Below are positions 17,619 through 26,295 of a DNA stretch of 35,162 nt, piece after piece. Every line of letters begins with the position of its first letter. Position 1 is the stretch's first letter. Under the pieces are notes generated by a model. It had not been told where the DNA came from. It saw nothing but the letters and a program-made list of their open reading frames with translations, and did not search any database. The DNA is from a virus (Duplodnaviria > Caudoviricetes), in IMG/VR virus record IMGVR_UViG_3300032257_000073, positions 1 through 35,162 of that record; one strand, written 5' to 3'. A program made the translations under genes and the position numbers.

Positions 17619-20197
17619 GCGGTGCTCTCTCGTCGAGCGTTCGTACTCAGTAGACTTCGCACCTCCGCTGAGTGCGAGCGCTCATTTGCTTCCCAGCGGG
17701 CATGGAAGTCAGGGCGCGCTTCGTAGCGGCTCCATGTGATGGAGCCACCCGCCCCCCTCCGGGACTTGGCAGTCGCCGACGGGCGTAGCCAGTTGCTGTC
17801 GATCAGGAGTTGGAAGGCCCCGTCTGTGTCGGCGGCGCAGGTGACCTCTGACCGAGGACCACGCACCCCCGAGATGACCTCGTTGCGGGGGAACTCCTTG
17901 CCAGAGAGGTCCCTGTTGACGATCTGCTTGGCGAGACGGTGGGCGATCCGGGTGTCCTTGTCGAGGGACGCCATGGTCGCGATCGTTCGGTGCTGCGAGA
18001 TGGCGTAGCGCGCGGTGTCGCACGCCGCACGCATGCACTCCCCGTCGATGGTCAAGTTGCCGTAGCCTTCGTGCTTCATGCAGTGGTAGAGCATCGCGAT
18101 CCGGATGGCTCGCCCATCGTGCTTGGCGAACCACGGGTCGTCGTCATCGTTCGTGGCCCGGATGTCCCGAGTCTCGTGCATGAACCGGCGAAGCCAGCCG
18201 ACAGCGTCGGGGCTCAACACCAACTCGACCGGTGTGTCCGGCACTGGCTTCTGCAGCAGGCTGGTCAGCGCCTGGGCCCAGGGCTCCATCTGGTCGTCAT
18301 CCATCCCGCGCCCAGCGAGGATCTCCTCCGCAAGGACGTCGCGCTCGGCAGTGACCATCATGAATCGAGCGATGAAGCCGCGCCCCTGGGCCATCTCGTT
18401 GGTCAGCCATGAGAGGGCTTCGGGCTGTGCCGCCACGCCGACGTTGAGCAGGGGTCTCTCCACGATCCGCGTGTGCCCGACGCGCTCCTGCTTCAGGGGG
18501 TCGCCGTCGTAGCCCTGCAGCCACGGCCCGAGATGGGGCTCACCGGCGGTGTAGCGCCCCATGGCGACGTCGAGGGGGTCGCTCTCCGAGGCGGAGATCA
18601 GCACGCGCCCCTGCTGCCGCTGCATCAACTCGACGAGTCGCTCGCTCGTGGTGTCCTGGGCGAGCAGCGTGTCTGACTGGACGCCCTCTGACTTGAGGCG
18701 CTCCAGATCGCCGAGCGCCTTCGCGAGGTCACTCTGGTAGGTCTTCGACTGGGTCGGGTTGCCCTGGCACTTTGGGCTGGTCAGGTCCTTCTTCAGTTTG
18801 TTTACACGGTCCTCGGCAAGGAAGAGCGCGGCCTCGTGGACGCCTGCGGCACCGGCCTTGTCCAGGCCCGCCTCCCACTCGATGAGTGGCGCGATGAGCT
18901 GCCGCCAGACGGGGCTCTTGCGAGACCCACTCTTCATCGCGACGACGGTCCAGAGCACAGCCTGCTCCTTCCACGCCTCGCCTGGCACGCAAGCCACCGC
19001 CTTGCCTGAGAGCGCTGACATGGCGATTGGAAGGCTGAGGAAGAAGGGCAACTCAGGCGGAACCTGGAAGGCGTGAGCCAGGGCCTCGGTCATCTCCTGG
19101 AACCACTCGAGGCCTTTGGGGATAACAGAACCCAGATCCACGCCAACGCGCCTGAGTTCGGCATGAAGGACCTCGGGGTCGCGCCAGAGCCCGACGACTG
19201 CTTCCGTGTAAACGGCATCGCGCGCCTCGCTTGGGTCGATCTCCGCTGTGTTCGGAGTGAACCCCCTGTCGTAGGCCATGCGGAACAGGGTGCGGCGGCC
19301 GATGGGGTTGGCCTTCCCTGAGAGCGAGCCCCATTGTTTGAGGCAGGCGTCCCTCCCCTCGTAGGCCTTGTTCCCGTTGGGTGTAGTGCTCCCGTTGGCC
19401 GAGGCGCTCCAGTCGTGGAAGAGATCGAACCCCTCAGAGCTGCCACCGCTGGCGTCGTGCAACGCCATGCAGACCTTCATCCAGTCCTCTCGGCCCAGGT
19501 TCGGCGGGATGAAGCGCAGCGCCTCCGCGACCTCGACGTCAAGGGGGGTCGCGATGCGCGGCGGCAGCTCCTTGGGCGCGTCGAGCTTGGGGGCGAAGAG
19601 CGGCTGGTCGTTGCTCACGACCCCGTGAAGCGCGAGCCGGACGATCTCCGGAGGGGCTTCCAGTGGGGCGAGCGCCTCTGAGATCCACTCGTACAGCTTG
19701 CCGCTCTCGTGCCGCGAGGGAGGGGCGATGACGTAGCCACCCTCCCCGCGCACATCGACGCCCGGCATGATGCCCTGTCGGTTTCGGATCTCTGGGATCA
19801 TCTTGTCCCAGCGGTAGTAGACGTGTAGCCCGCCGCCACCTGTCCTGGCGACCATCCCTTCTGTGGTGCTGATGTTGATGCCGAACTTGGTGACCTCCAC
19901 GAGTCCATCGCAGACGACCACGCCGTTCTCGTCCCACTTCAGGTCGAGGTCCAGGACCCACAACCCGGAGACAGATCCAGTGGCGATGGCGATGTTGGCG
20001 TCCGGCCACTTCCGCCACCACGCCGCGATCTGGTCTGGGTCATCACTAGAGTTGTCTCGCCAGCGGTCGATGAGCGGGTGCTTGCCGACGTTCTTGCACT
20101 TCAGGTCGCCACAGGAACACCGAGCTGCAGCTGTTCTCCAATGGCAGGGGAAAACGTCCGCTCCCATGCTCGCCAGGAACTCCGCTTGGTCGAGCAT
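17615..20197 (-). CDS. DNA primase-polymerase (Prim-Pol) fused to PriCT-2 and DUF3987/YfjI-like helicase domain
   Basis: CSCG...C...GKHP, WP.ANIAIATG..SGL.VLDLD, TGGGG.HVYY, VDVRG.GGYVIAPPS.H.SG..Y.W; W..V.MALH...F..WS (PriCT-2); SGSRKS, DTTSE.L and GFIARF. Confidence 0.9.
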   Translation of the reverse strand: MLDQAEFLASMGADVFPCHWRTAAARCSCGDLKCKNVGKHPLIDRWRDNSSDDPDQIAAWWRKWPDANIAIATGSVSGLWVLDLDLKWDENGVVVCDGLVEVTKFGINISTTEGMVARTGGGGLHVYYRWDKMIPEIRNRQGIMPGVDVRGEGGYVIAPPSRHESGKLYEWISEALAPLEAPPEIVRLALHGVVSNDQPLFAPKLDAPKELPPRIATPLDVEVAEALRFIPPNLGREDWMKVCMALHDASGGSSEGFDLFHDWSASANGSTTPNGNKAYEGRDACLKQWGSLSGKANPIGRRTLFRMAYDRGFTPNTAEIDPSEARDAVYTEAVVGLWRDPEVLHAELRRVGVDLGSVIPKGLEWFQEMTEALAHAFQVPPELPFFLSLPIAMSALSGKAVACVPGEAWKEQAVLWTVVAMKSGSRKSPVWRQLIAPLIEWEAGLDKAGAAGVHEAALFLAEDRVNKLKKDLTSPKCQGNPTQSKTYQSDLAKALGDLERLKSEGVQSDTLLAQDTTSERLVELMQRQQGRVLISASESDPLDVAMGRYTAGEPHLGPWLQGYDGDPLKQERVGHTRIVERPLLNVGVAAQPEALSWLTNEMAQGRGFIARFMMVTAERDVLAEEILAGRGMDDDQMEPWAQALTSLLQKPVPDTPVELVLSPDAVGWLRRFMHETRDIRATNDDDDPWFAKHDGRAIRIAMLYHCMKHEGYGNLTIDGECMRAACDTARYAISQHRTIATMASLDKDTRIAHRLAKQIVNRDLSGKEFPRNEVISGVRGPRSEVTCAADTDGAFQLLIDSNWLRPSATAKSRRGAGGSITWSRYEARPDFHARWEANERSHSAEVRSLLSTNARRESTA
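18799..18808 (+). repeat. Dispersed 10-mer variant TGTTTACACG
   Basis: 9/10 match; read in a third frame (CGT GTA AAC) on the minus-strand primase gene. Confidence 0.65.
19205..19214 (-). repeat. Dispersed 10-mer CGTTTACACG, copy 3
   Basis: Plus strand reads CGTGTAAACG. Confidence 0.8.
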
Positions 20198-20206
20198 CTG
20201 TCTCCC

Positions 20207-21904
20207 CTAGAAAGGCAGGTCGCTGTCGTCGATCGCGAACGTCGCGCCGCCACCATACACATCGACGGAGTAGGGCGGCTCATGATCGTGCATGGTCCCC
20301 AAGATGTGCGGATGCTTGCCTGCCTCCGAGACAACGACGTGGCTCGGCCCGCAGATGGCGTGCCCCCTGTTGAGGGCCTCCTCGACGGAGGTTGGCGCGC
20401 TCTCGTCCCCCGTGTGCCGAGCCCACCACTCCGAGCTGACCTTGCGCGCAAAGCTCGAGGAGTCCGGCTCGAACGAGAGCCACTCGCTGACCTGAGCCAA
20501 GCCGGCGACGTAGGTCACCCGGACGGTGTCAGGCTTGCCGGGCTTCGTGGACTGGTGGCGGCTGATCGACATCGCCTTGACCGGCAACTTCGGCGGTGGC
20601 TTCGGTGGAGCCCAGTCCACCGGGTGCAGCTTGGCCGCGACACGGTCGTGGCGGTTGTTCTGGATGTCGAACGTGTAACCACACTCCGGGCACTGACGCA
20701 TCGCGATCAGGATCAACTCACGACACTCCGGGCAGACTTTGACCGGCGGCTCGCCTGCCACCGCCTTCCCGTTCTTCTCTTCGATGCAGAGCGAGTTGAT
20801 CGGGCCGTGCCTGAGAATGTTGCCGCCGTAGTCGAGAACGCGACAGTCCTTCTTCCCGTCGAAGAGGCGCATGCCCCGGCCCATCATCTGGACGTAGAGG
20901 CTGGTGCTCTCCGTCGGACGCAGGATCGACATGAGGTCGATGCGAGGGGCGTCGAAGCCGGTGGTCAGGCAGCCGACGTTGATGAGCGTCGGGAGCTGGC
21001 CCTCCTTGAAGGCCTCGATGAGCGCATCGCGCTTGCGCGTGGCGGTGTGTCCGAGAACAACGCCGGTTGGCACGCCTCGAGCCCCAAGGGCAGACGCGAT
21101 CTGTTCGGCGTGAGCCACGTTGCAGGCGAAGAAGAGCGCGCTCTTGCGGCGCTCGCGCTTGGCCACCTCGATGGTCTCGTTGACGGCGTCCTCGACAGCG
21201 CCCTCTTCCATTGCACGGTCAGCCAACTCACCGGTGACGTAGTCGCCCGCTCGCTTCTTCAGCCCCTCCGTGTCGATCTTGGCCTCGCCCTCCTTGCCCA
21301 CGAGGTTGCACAGCCACCCTTCCTCGATGAGGCGCTTGACGGGCAACTCGTAGGCGACCTCGGTGAAGAGGCGATCCTCGCCTCGGTGGAGGTAGCCTCC
21401 GTCCAGGCGGTAGTGGGTGGCTGTGTCGCCGACAACCGTGAGGGCCGGGTTGACCTCCGTCAGCTCGTCGATGAGTTGGCGGTAGCGTCCGCTCGCCGTC
21501 TTGGGCACGAGGTGCGCCTCGTCCACGAACACGAGATCGAAGTGCCGGCGCATCTCGGGCATCGTGTAAACGGACTGGATACCGCCAACGATGATGTCGT
21601 GGTGGATGTCCCGCTGGTTCAGGCCGGCGCTGTTGAGGCCGATGGGGCAGGCCTTCTCGCCCCACTGCCGCACGATGGCGTCGTGGTTCTGCTTGAGCAG
21701 CTCACGGACGTGCGCGAGCAGCAGGACTTTGATGCCATAGGCGTCATGGAGCCGCTTGATCGTCTCCGCCATGACCAGCGACTTGCCTGAGCCCGTCGGC
21801 AGCACGATCAGCGGGTGCTCGCCGCGCCGGTTGGAGAGGAAGTCGAAGGTGGCCTGGATGGCCTCCTCTTGGTACGGGCGGCAGGTGTAGGGGCCGTCTG
21901 TCAT
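20207..21904 (-). CDS. SF2 DEAH-box helicase (RadD/YejH-like) with Zn ribbon
   Basis: RPYQ, PTGSGKS, DEAH, TAT, LTTGFDAP, QMMGRGMR and CPEC..CPEC. Start set at ATG 21904 (ATGA overlap). Confidence 0.9.
   Translation of the reverse strand: MTDGPYTCRPYQEEAIQATFDFLSNRRGEHPLIVLPTGSGKSLVMAETIKRLHDAYGIKVLLLAHVRELLKQNHDAIVRQWGEKACPIGLNSAGLNQRDIHHDIIVGGIQSVYTMPEMRRHFDLVFVDEAHLVPKTASGRYRQLIDELTEVNPALTVVGDTATHYRLDGGYLHRGEDRLFTEVAYELPVKRLIEEGWLCNLVGKEGEAKIDTEGLKKRAGDYVTGELADRAMEEGAVEDAVNETIEVAKRERRKSALFFACNVAHAEQIASALGARGVPTGVVLGHTATRKRDALIEAFKEGQLPTLINVGCLTTGFDAPRIDLMSILRPTESTSLYVQMMGRGMRLFDGKKDCRVLDYGGNILRHGPINSLCIEEKNGKAVAGEPPVKVCPECRELILIAMRQCPECGYTFDIQNNRHDRVAAKLHPVDWAPPKPPPKLPVKAMSISRHQSTKPGKPDTVRVTYVAGLAQVSEWLSFEPDSSSFARKVSSEWWARHTGDESAPTSVEEALNRGHAICGPSHVVVSEAGKHPHILGTMHDHEPPYSVDVYGGGATFAIDDSDLPF
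21563..21572 (-). repeat. Dispersed 10-mer CGTTTACACG, copy 4
   Basis: Plus strand reads CGTGTAAACG. Confidence 0.8.
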
Positions 21905-22131
21905 GCTCCAAGTCCCACGCCCATGATCTTGTCTCGCTCTGTTTTGCCTACCCGATAGACCACGGCCTTCGACACAACCCAGTCGGTGTTCGGGATGCCC
22001 CAGCGGATGGTCACGCACTCAGCCTTGCAGTTGTGGTAGGTGACAACCCGGGGAAGGCCCGAGAACTCTCGCCCGTTCGCGTGCGAGGCTCTGCAGACCT
22101 CCCCGACTTGGGGCCATGTGCGCTCAGGCAT
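21901..22131 (-). CDS. Hypothetical protein
   Basis: Tiles the operon with overlapping start/stop codons. Confidence 0.5.
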   Translation of the reverse strand: MPERTWPQVGEVCRASHANGREFSGLPRVVTYHNCKAECVTIRWGIPNTDWVVSKAVVYRVGKTERDKIMGVGLGA

Positions 22132-22330
22132 CGTAAGGTGGCTTTTCGTAGGGCATGCGCCTAAGAGCCTCCGCCATGAGCCTCAGGATGTTTGCTGCAT
22201 AGTCAGCAGGCGCCTTGAAGCGCGGCTGAAGCTGGCTCAGTCCAGAAAGATCGCCGTCCCCGTGGCAGATCACGTCGCAGTCTTGCTGTAGCGCGTTGTC
22301 GCCTGCGGCCAGCGCGTTGTGACTATCCAC
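22124..22330 (-). CDS. Hypothetical protein
   Basis: RBS GGAGG; overlaps neighbours by 8 nt. Confidence 0.5.
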   Translation of the reverse strand: MDSHNALAAGDNALQQDCDVICHGDGDLSGLSQLQPRFKAPADYAANILRLMAEALRRMPYEKPPYDA

Positions 22331-22610
22331 GACGATGCCTCCACGCAGACAGCCAGCCCTGCCCCTGCGCGCCGCCTCGACCGGCGGCGACCTCTGCGAC
22401 GCGGGCCTGAACAGCGACGCAGCGGCAGCACGTCAACCGCTCTTCCAGCTCCCCTCGCGGTGGCTTGCGGGCGTAGACGATGTCGTGCCCGCTGCACCAC
22501 GTCCGGGTGTCACCCTTCGGGTAGCCGTGCAGCACTGACCCCGAGCGGGTCATGCCGTAGCGCCCCTTGGGGATAGTGATCTCCTGCTGGTAGTCCGCTG
22601 GTCGCCCCAT
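22323..22610 (-). CDS. Hypothetical protein (possible Zn-binding H/C..CCRC)
   Basis: Start abuts the nuclease stop; RBS GGAGG. Confidence 0.55.
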   Translation of the reverse strand: MGRPADYQQEITIPKGRYGMTRSGSVLHGYPKGDTRTWCSGHDIVYARKPPRGELEERLTCCRCVAVQARVAEVAAGRGGAQGQGWLSAWRHRRG

Positions 22611-23636
22611 CTATCGCACCTCCATGCTGCAGTGAGAGTCCACGAGCCTACGGCCATCGTGCAGCGTGTAAACGGCCTCGTGGCTTGCCTCGTTGAACTC
22701 GGTGAGTTCGCCGGGGATCAGGTGTGGGTTGAAGTGGTGGAAGATGCAGCCCTCCCGCTGCATGGCCGGCGTCAGCGGCTGGGGGATCGAAAGCGCCGGG
22801 TGCGACGTGTACCCACACTCCCAGGTCCCGTCCTCCTTCGCCGTGACGTAGGTGCAGGTCCGACAGCTGCGCTCGAGCTTCTCGATCTTGCCCTCATGGC
22901 AGATCGGCTTGAAGTCGCACCACTTGCACGGCCCCCACTTGGCCGGGTCCTCCTGAGCCTTCGGCGGTGGCCTGTCCGCGAGACTGATCTCCAGACCCTT
23001 GCGCTCCAGGCGCTGGGCGGAGTCCCTCTCATAGGCAAACCGGTCCTCGCCCCAGCTGTCGTCGTTCTTGTTCTCGACGGTGAAGACGGCGCGCTTGATC
23101 TTGGACCAGTGCATGTAGACCTGACCCTGTGCCCAGTAGACCGGCTTCCAGAGCTTGAGGCCTTTGGTCATGAAGGCCTTGAACTGCTTCTCGTTGGCCG
23201 TCTTGTGGTCCCAGAGGTGCAGCGTCTTCGGTGCGCCGGGGTAGCCCAGCAGCTTCCCGTCGAGAGAGCCGCCGAGGTGACCTGGGGCGTCCATCTGAAA
23301 CTGGCCGCCGTCCTCGTCGCGTGTCGTCAGCTCGACGCCGGGGACGCGGTTGATGTCCCGCGCGGCGCGTGCTTCCTCCCAGTGGCCGTGGTCGAAGAGA
23401 CGGAGGATCCGCCCCTCGAGGGCGGGGCGCAGCGCCCAGCGGAAGCCGTACCAGATCTCGCGCCAGCACTCCTTGCCGATCTGTGAGCCACCGAGGTGGT
23501 CACGTCGCCAGTCCTCTGCGACGAGATCGGGGACGGTGACGTCGCCGACAGGCGGCAGGTCCGTGCCCTCGTCGACCGCCTTCATGACGAGGCCAGAGAG
23601 CGGGTGGCGCTGCACTGGGATCTTGCCCATGCTCAT
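22611..23636 (-). CDS. Cas4-like PD-(D/E)XK exonuclease with Fe-S Cys motif
   Basis: HLGGSQIG.EC.R..WY.FRW, GH..E, GSLDG, DHKT, Y.AQ.Q.YM, CKWC.F...C, plus an extra CRTC..C..C. Confidence 0.85.
   Translation of the reverse strand: MSMGKIPVQRHPLSGLVMKAVDEGTDLPPVGDVTVPDLVAEDWRRDHLGGSQIGKECWREIWYGFRWALRPALEGRILRLFDHGHWEEARAARDINRVPGVELTTRDEDGGQFQMDAPGHLGGSLDGKLLGYPGAPKTLHLWDHKTANEKQFKAFMTKGLKLWKPVYWAQGQVYMHWSKIKRAVFTVENKNDDSWGEDRFAYERDSAQRLERKGLEISLADRPPPKAQEDPAKWGPCKWCDFKPICHEGKIEKLERSCRTCTYVTAKEDGTWECGYTSHPALSIPQPLTPAMQREGCIFHHFNPHLIPGELTEFNEASHEAVYTLHDGRRLVDSHCSMEVR
22665..22674 (-). repeat. Dispersed 10-mer CGTTTACACG, copy 5
   Basis: Plus strand reads CGTGTAAACG. Confidence 0.8.
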
Positions 23637-23655
23637 GCCTCCGTGGGGCGCAAGG

Positions 23656-23711
23656 TGGGTCCCCCGACCCGCTTCTCCCGGAGAAAAGAGAGAGCAGGTC
23701 GGGGCAACCCA
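23656..23711. other. Long intergenic stem-loop
   Basis: TGGGT/ACCCA, CCCCGACC/GGTCGGGG and GCT-TCTC/GAGA-AGC pairings. Confidence 0.55.
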
Positions 23712-23798
23712 GAGCCGGCTCAGGCAGCACCCCTGCTACCCGTGCGAGCCGACCCGAGTGATTGCCGGGGGACCGCCATCAGGCCCCCAGCGGTCAGG

Positions 23799-24398
23799 TC
23801 AGCTGGGCCAGGGGAAGCCGCCCTGGGGCTGGGCGGTCTGGCCGGGCGGCGGGACCTGGGCGGGGACGCCCTGCGCAGCCGGGGGCGCGACAGCGCCAGC
23901 ACCGGGGCCAGTCGTCACGGGCTTGACGAGGTGGGCCTGTCGGTTGCCCAGGCTGTCGATGTCCTTGATCTGCACGCGATCGGGGTCCTTGCGATCGGGG
24001 CCGACCTTGATGGCGACGACCTTGCCCCGGTAGTGCTCGTCGTCATCGACGATGCCGAGGTCGCAGGCTGCGTTGAGCTTGCGCTGCATGCCGCGAGCGA
24101 TCCCACGAGCTACCAGCAGGTTCTCGGGCGCGTTGTCCTGCACGCCGAGCATGAGAAAGAGAAACTCACGGCCCTTGAGGTCCGGGTGGTACTGCTCGAG
24201 AGGGAGGCACTCGATGCGCAGCATGTAGGCGTCCTCGGGGGACGGCTGCGATCCGGTGGCCTGCCGAGCCTTGGTGGCCTTGGTGGCCTGCATGCCCTTG
24301 GGGTCGAGGCTCACGGCGATCCAGCCGTGAGGCCAGTTGGCGAAGCTGTTGGCCTCGTCGGCGCCGGGGGTCTCGGGGAGTGTGGGGATCTGGCCCAT
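23799..24398 (-). CDS. Putative ssDNA-binding protein (DUF669-like)
   Basis: Lies between the Sak4-like ATPase and the nuclease. F...P.G.....I N-terminus, GK.V.IKVG, and a Pro/Ala/Gln tail ending in PW. Confidence 0.6.
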   Translation of the reverse strand: MGQIPTLPETPGADEANSFANWPHGWIAVSLDPKGMQATKATKARQATGSQPSPEDAYMLRIECLPLEQYHPDLKGREFLFLMLGVQDNAPENLLVARGIARGMQRKLNAACDLGIVDDDEHYRGKVVAIKVGPDRKDPDRVQIKDIDSLGNRQAHLVKPVTTGPGAGAVAPPAAQGVPAQVPPPGQTAQPQGGFPWPS

Positions 24399-24399
24399 G

Positions 24400-25287
24400 T
24401 CAGTCTTCCTCGCTCGCTTCGTTCTTGGTTTCCGCCGGCGGCGCCGGCTGCTGGTTTGCGGGCGGCCCGCCCTGGATGCCTTGCTGGATGGCGGCAGTGA
24501 TGGCGCTCCAGCCGCTGCCCTCGGTGGGGTGTGGAATCAGGATCTCGGGTGCCATGCCGTACCGGTTCTTGGCCTTGGCGAAGGGGCGCTCCTCCGTGAG
24601 GATGTAACGCTGACCGGTGCCCGTCATGCGGGTCTGGTCTTGGCCGAAGTGCTTGCCGTCGCTCACCTCGTGGGCCACGAAGTCCCCCCGGAAGACGAAG
24701 TCACCCCAATCGTGGGTCATGTCGGCGAGGCGCAGGGGCATCTGCAGGCTGTACTTGTTGTACGGCTTGCCGTTGGGCGGGGCCATGCGAGCCACGTTGT
24801 CGTGGACCAGTACCATCACCGCCATGCCTCGATTGCGCAGGACGTCGAGCCGCGCCGTCAGGAGGTCGCGCAGGAGCATGGGCATGTGGGTCTTCATGCC
24901 TGCGCCCCACTCCAGGTCCTCGAGGTTGGCCACGCCCTGCTGCTGGCAGACGTGCTGCTCGCCCAGCTCCAAGAACACGTCGAGTGTGTCGATGACCACG
25001 GTCTTGTAGTCGTGAGCACCCGTGTCCGCGAGGGCGTTGATGGATTCAAGCAGCTCGCTCCAGCTGTGCAGCGTGAGATCCCACTGCTCAGGGGGCAACT
25101 CCCTGTCGACGTGCGGGCTCAGCGAGTTGAGCCCCTGTAGGCCACCGCGACCCTGCTCAGACCAAAGGAAGACGGGACTGGGCATGCCGGCTGCGAGGGT
25201 CGTCTTGCCCCAACCACCAGGGGCATAGAGCACGCCCTTTGGGATGGGCACGCCCGTCGACTTGATGGCGTCTGCGAGAGAGATCAC
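24400..25287 (-). CDS. AAA_24 / Sak4-like ATPase (ssDNA annealing)
   Basis: YAPGGWGKTT (Walker A variant), YKTVVIDTLD, LVH, W.D.V and AKNRYG. Confidence 0.85.
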   Translation of the reverse strand: MISLADAIKSTGVPIPKGVLYAPGGWGKTTLAAGMPSPVFLWSEQGRGGLQGLNSLSPHVDRELPPEQWDLTLHSWSELLESINALADTGAHDYKTVVIDTLDVFLELGEQHVCQQQGVANLEDLEWGAGMKTHMPMLLRDLLTARLDVLRNRGMAVMVLVHDNVARMAPPNGKPYNKYSLQMPLRLADMTHDWGDFVFRGDFVAHEVSDGKHFGQDQTRMTGTGQRYILTEERPFAKAKNRYGMAPEILIPHPTEGSGWSAITAAIQQGIQGGPPANQQPAPPAETKNEASEED

Positions 25288-25721
25288 TTGCTGTCCTCCT
25301 CACCCAGGAACTTGATGTCGACGACTGAGACGCTGGTGTCCTTGATGGTCACCACGTTCGAGACAGCAGCCCAGGCGACCTTGTCCTCCTCGCGGAGCTT
25401 GCGGGCCTCAGGCATCTTCAGCTCATGGCGGGTCTTGAAGAGCCGCGCCACCGTGCCCCGGCCGATGTCCTTGCGGAGCTGGCCGATGCCACTCTCGTCG
25501 ATGGTCACACTCGTGTTCTGCTTGAGCGTGAAGCCGCCGAGCCGGTCGCCGACCGGGACTTGGTAGGAGGCCTGCCCGTCGGAGTTGAACTTGGTGACCG
25601 CCACCAGCTCGGCGACGACACCCGCCTTGCGGGCCTTGGCGTTGGACAGCTCGAGGTTGGCCTGAGCCAACTCGTCGTAGAGCCTTGCGACAGTCGCGCT
25701 CGGCAGGGTCTTGCGGGCCAT
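25284..25721 (-). CDS. Hypothetical phage protein (N-terminal coiled coil)
   Basis: Start ATG 25721 preceded by the CCCCACGGAG leader; GTGA overlap with the Sak4-like gene. Confidence 0.7.
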   Translation of the reverse strand: MARKTLPSATVARLYDELAQANLELSNAKARKAGVVAELVAVTKFNSDGQASYQVPVGDRLGGFTLKQNTSVTIDESGIGQLRKDIGRGTVARLFKTRHELKMPEARKLREEDKVAWAAVSNVVTIKDTSVSVVDIKFLGEEDSK

Positions 25722-25773
25722 GGTCTTTCTCCGTGGGGTGGAGGTGGAAGGTCTCACGAGGGGACCTGGGTTG

Positions 25774-25899
25774 TCAATCAAGGAAAAGGAACGCGCCGAA
25801 CAGAGGGATGAGAATGCAGGCGAGCAGCCAGAGGCGCTGGGCTGTCGTGGCGTGGGTTGGGTGGACGCCGCACCAGTCGTCGGTGCGTGGCTCATCCAT
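25774..25899 (-). CDS. 41-aa single-pass membrane peptide (not in ORF track)
   Basis: MDEPRTDDWCGVHPTHATTAQRLWLLACILIPLFGAFLFLD*; overlaps the upstream gene by 8 nt. Confidence 0.5.
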   Translation of the reverse strand: MDEPRTDDWCGVHPTHATTAQRLWLLACILIPLFGAFLFLD

Positions 25900-26131
25900 C
25901 GAAGAACCCCGTCTCCTTCGCGTGCTCCACCAACTCGCGCATCATCCGCGAGAAGTTGCCGTTCCAGCGCCGGTCGCTCTGCTTGCGGCGCTTGTCTTTG
26001 CGGGCTTGCATCTTGAGGTAGCGATCGAGCTTGGGCGAGATCGCGAAGCTCACGATCGGGGAATGTTCGCCAGCGGGCAGCTTGCCGTCGACGGTCCGGC
26101 GGCCGGGAACTCCGGCGGTCTTCTTCACCAT
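25892..26131 (-). CDS. Ribbon-helix-helix (Arc/CopG-like) DNA-binding protein
   Basis: IVSFAI strand, SPKLDRYLKMQAR helix A, NFSRMMRELVE helix B, with a basic insertion in the loop. Start ATG 26131. Confidence 0.6.
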   Translation of the reverse strand: MVKKTAGVPGRRTVDGKLPAGEHSPIVSFAISPKLDRYLKMQARKDKRRKQSDRRWNGNFSRMMRELVEHAKETGFFDG

Positions 26132-26292
26132 GTTTTCAGCCCTTCGTTGTTGCGGAGGTAGCGCTCGGCCACCCGGAACCGGAGCGACGCCTTGCCGCTC
26201 ACGAGGTGGTTCGCACGTTCGAGGGAGGTCATGCTGCGCGCTGCGTTCAGCGATGTCCACCAAAGATCACGGCGACGGCGTCGGCTGCTCAT
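26125..26292 (-). CDS. Hypothetical 55-aa basic protein (not in ORF track)
   Basis: MSSRRRRRDLWW...EGLKTW*; fills the gap between neighbours. Confidence 0.35.
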   Translation of the reverse strand: MSSRRRRRDLWWTSLNAARSMTSLERANHLVSGKASLRFRVAERYLRNNEGLKTW

Positions 26293-26295
26293 GGG

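Noticed and set aside
20078-21790. 570-aa plus-strand ORF and similar + ORFs across 22.6-32.4 kb
   Set aside because: Antisense to the helicase and other motif-bearing minus-strand genes; composition typical of shadow frames.
22611-23798. CRISPR array next to the Cas4-like gene
   Set aside because: No regularly spaced repeat-spacer units. The early-region repeats are separated by whole genes and contain RBSs.
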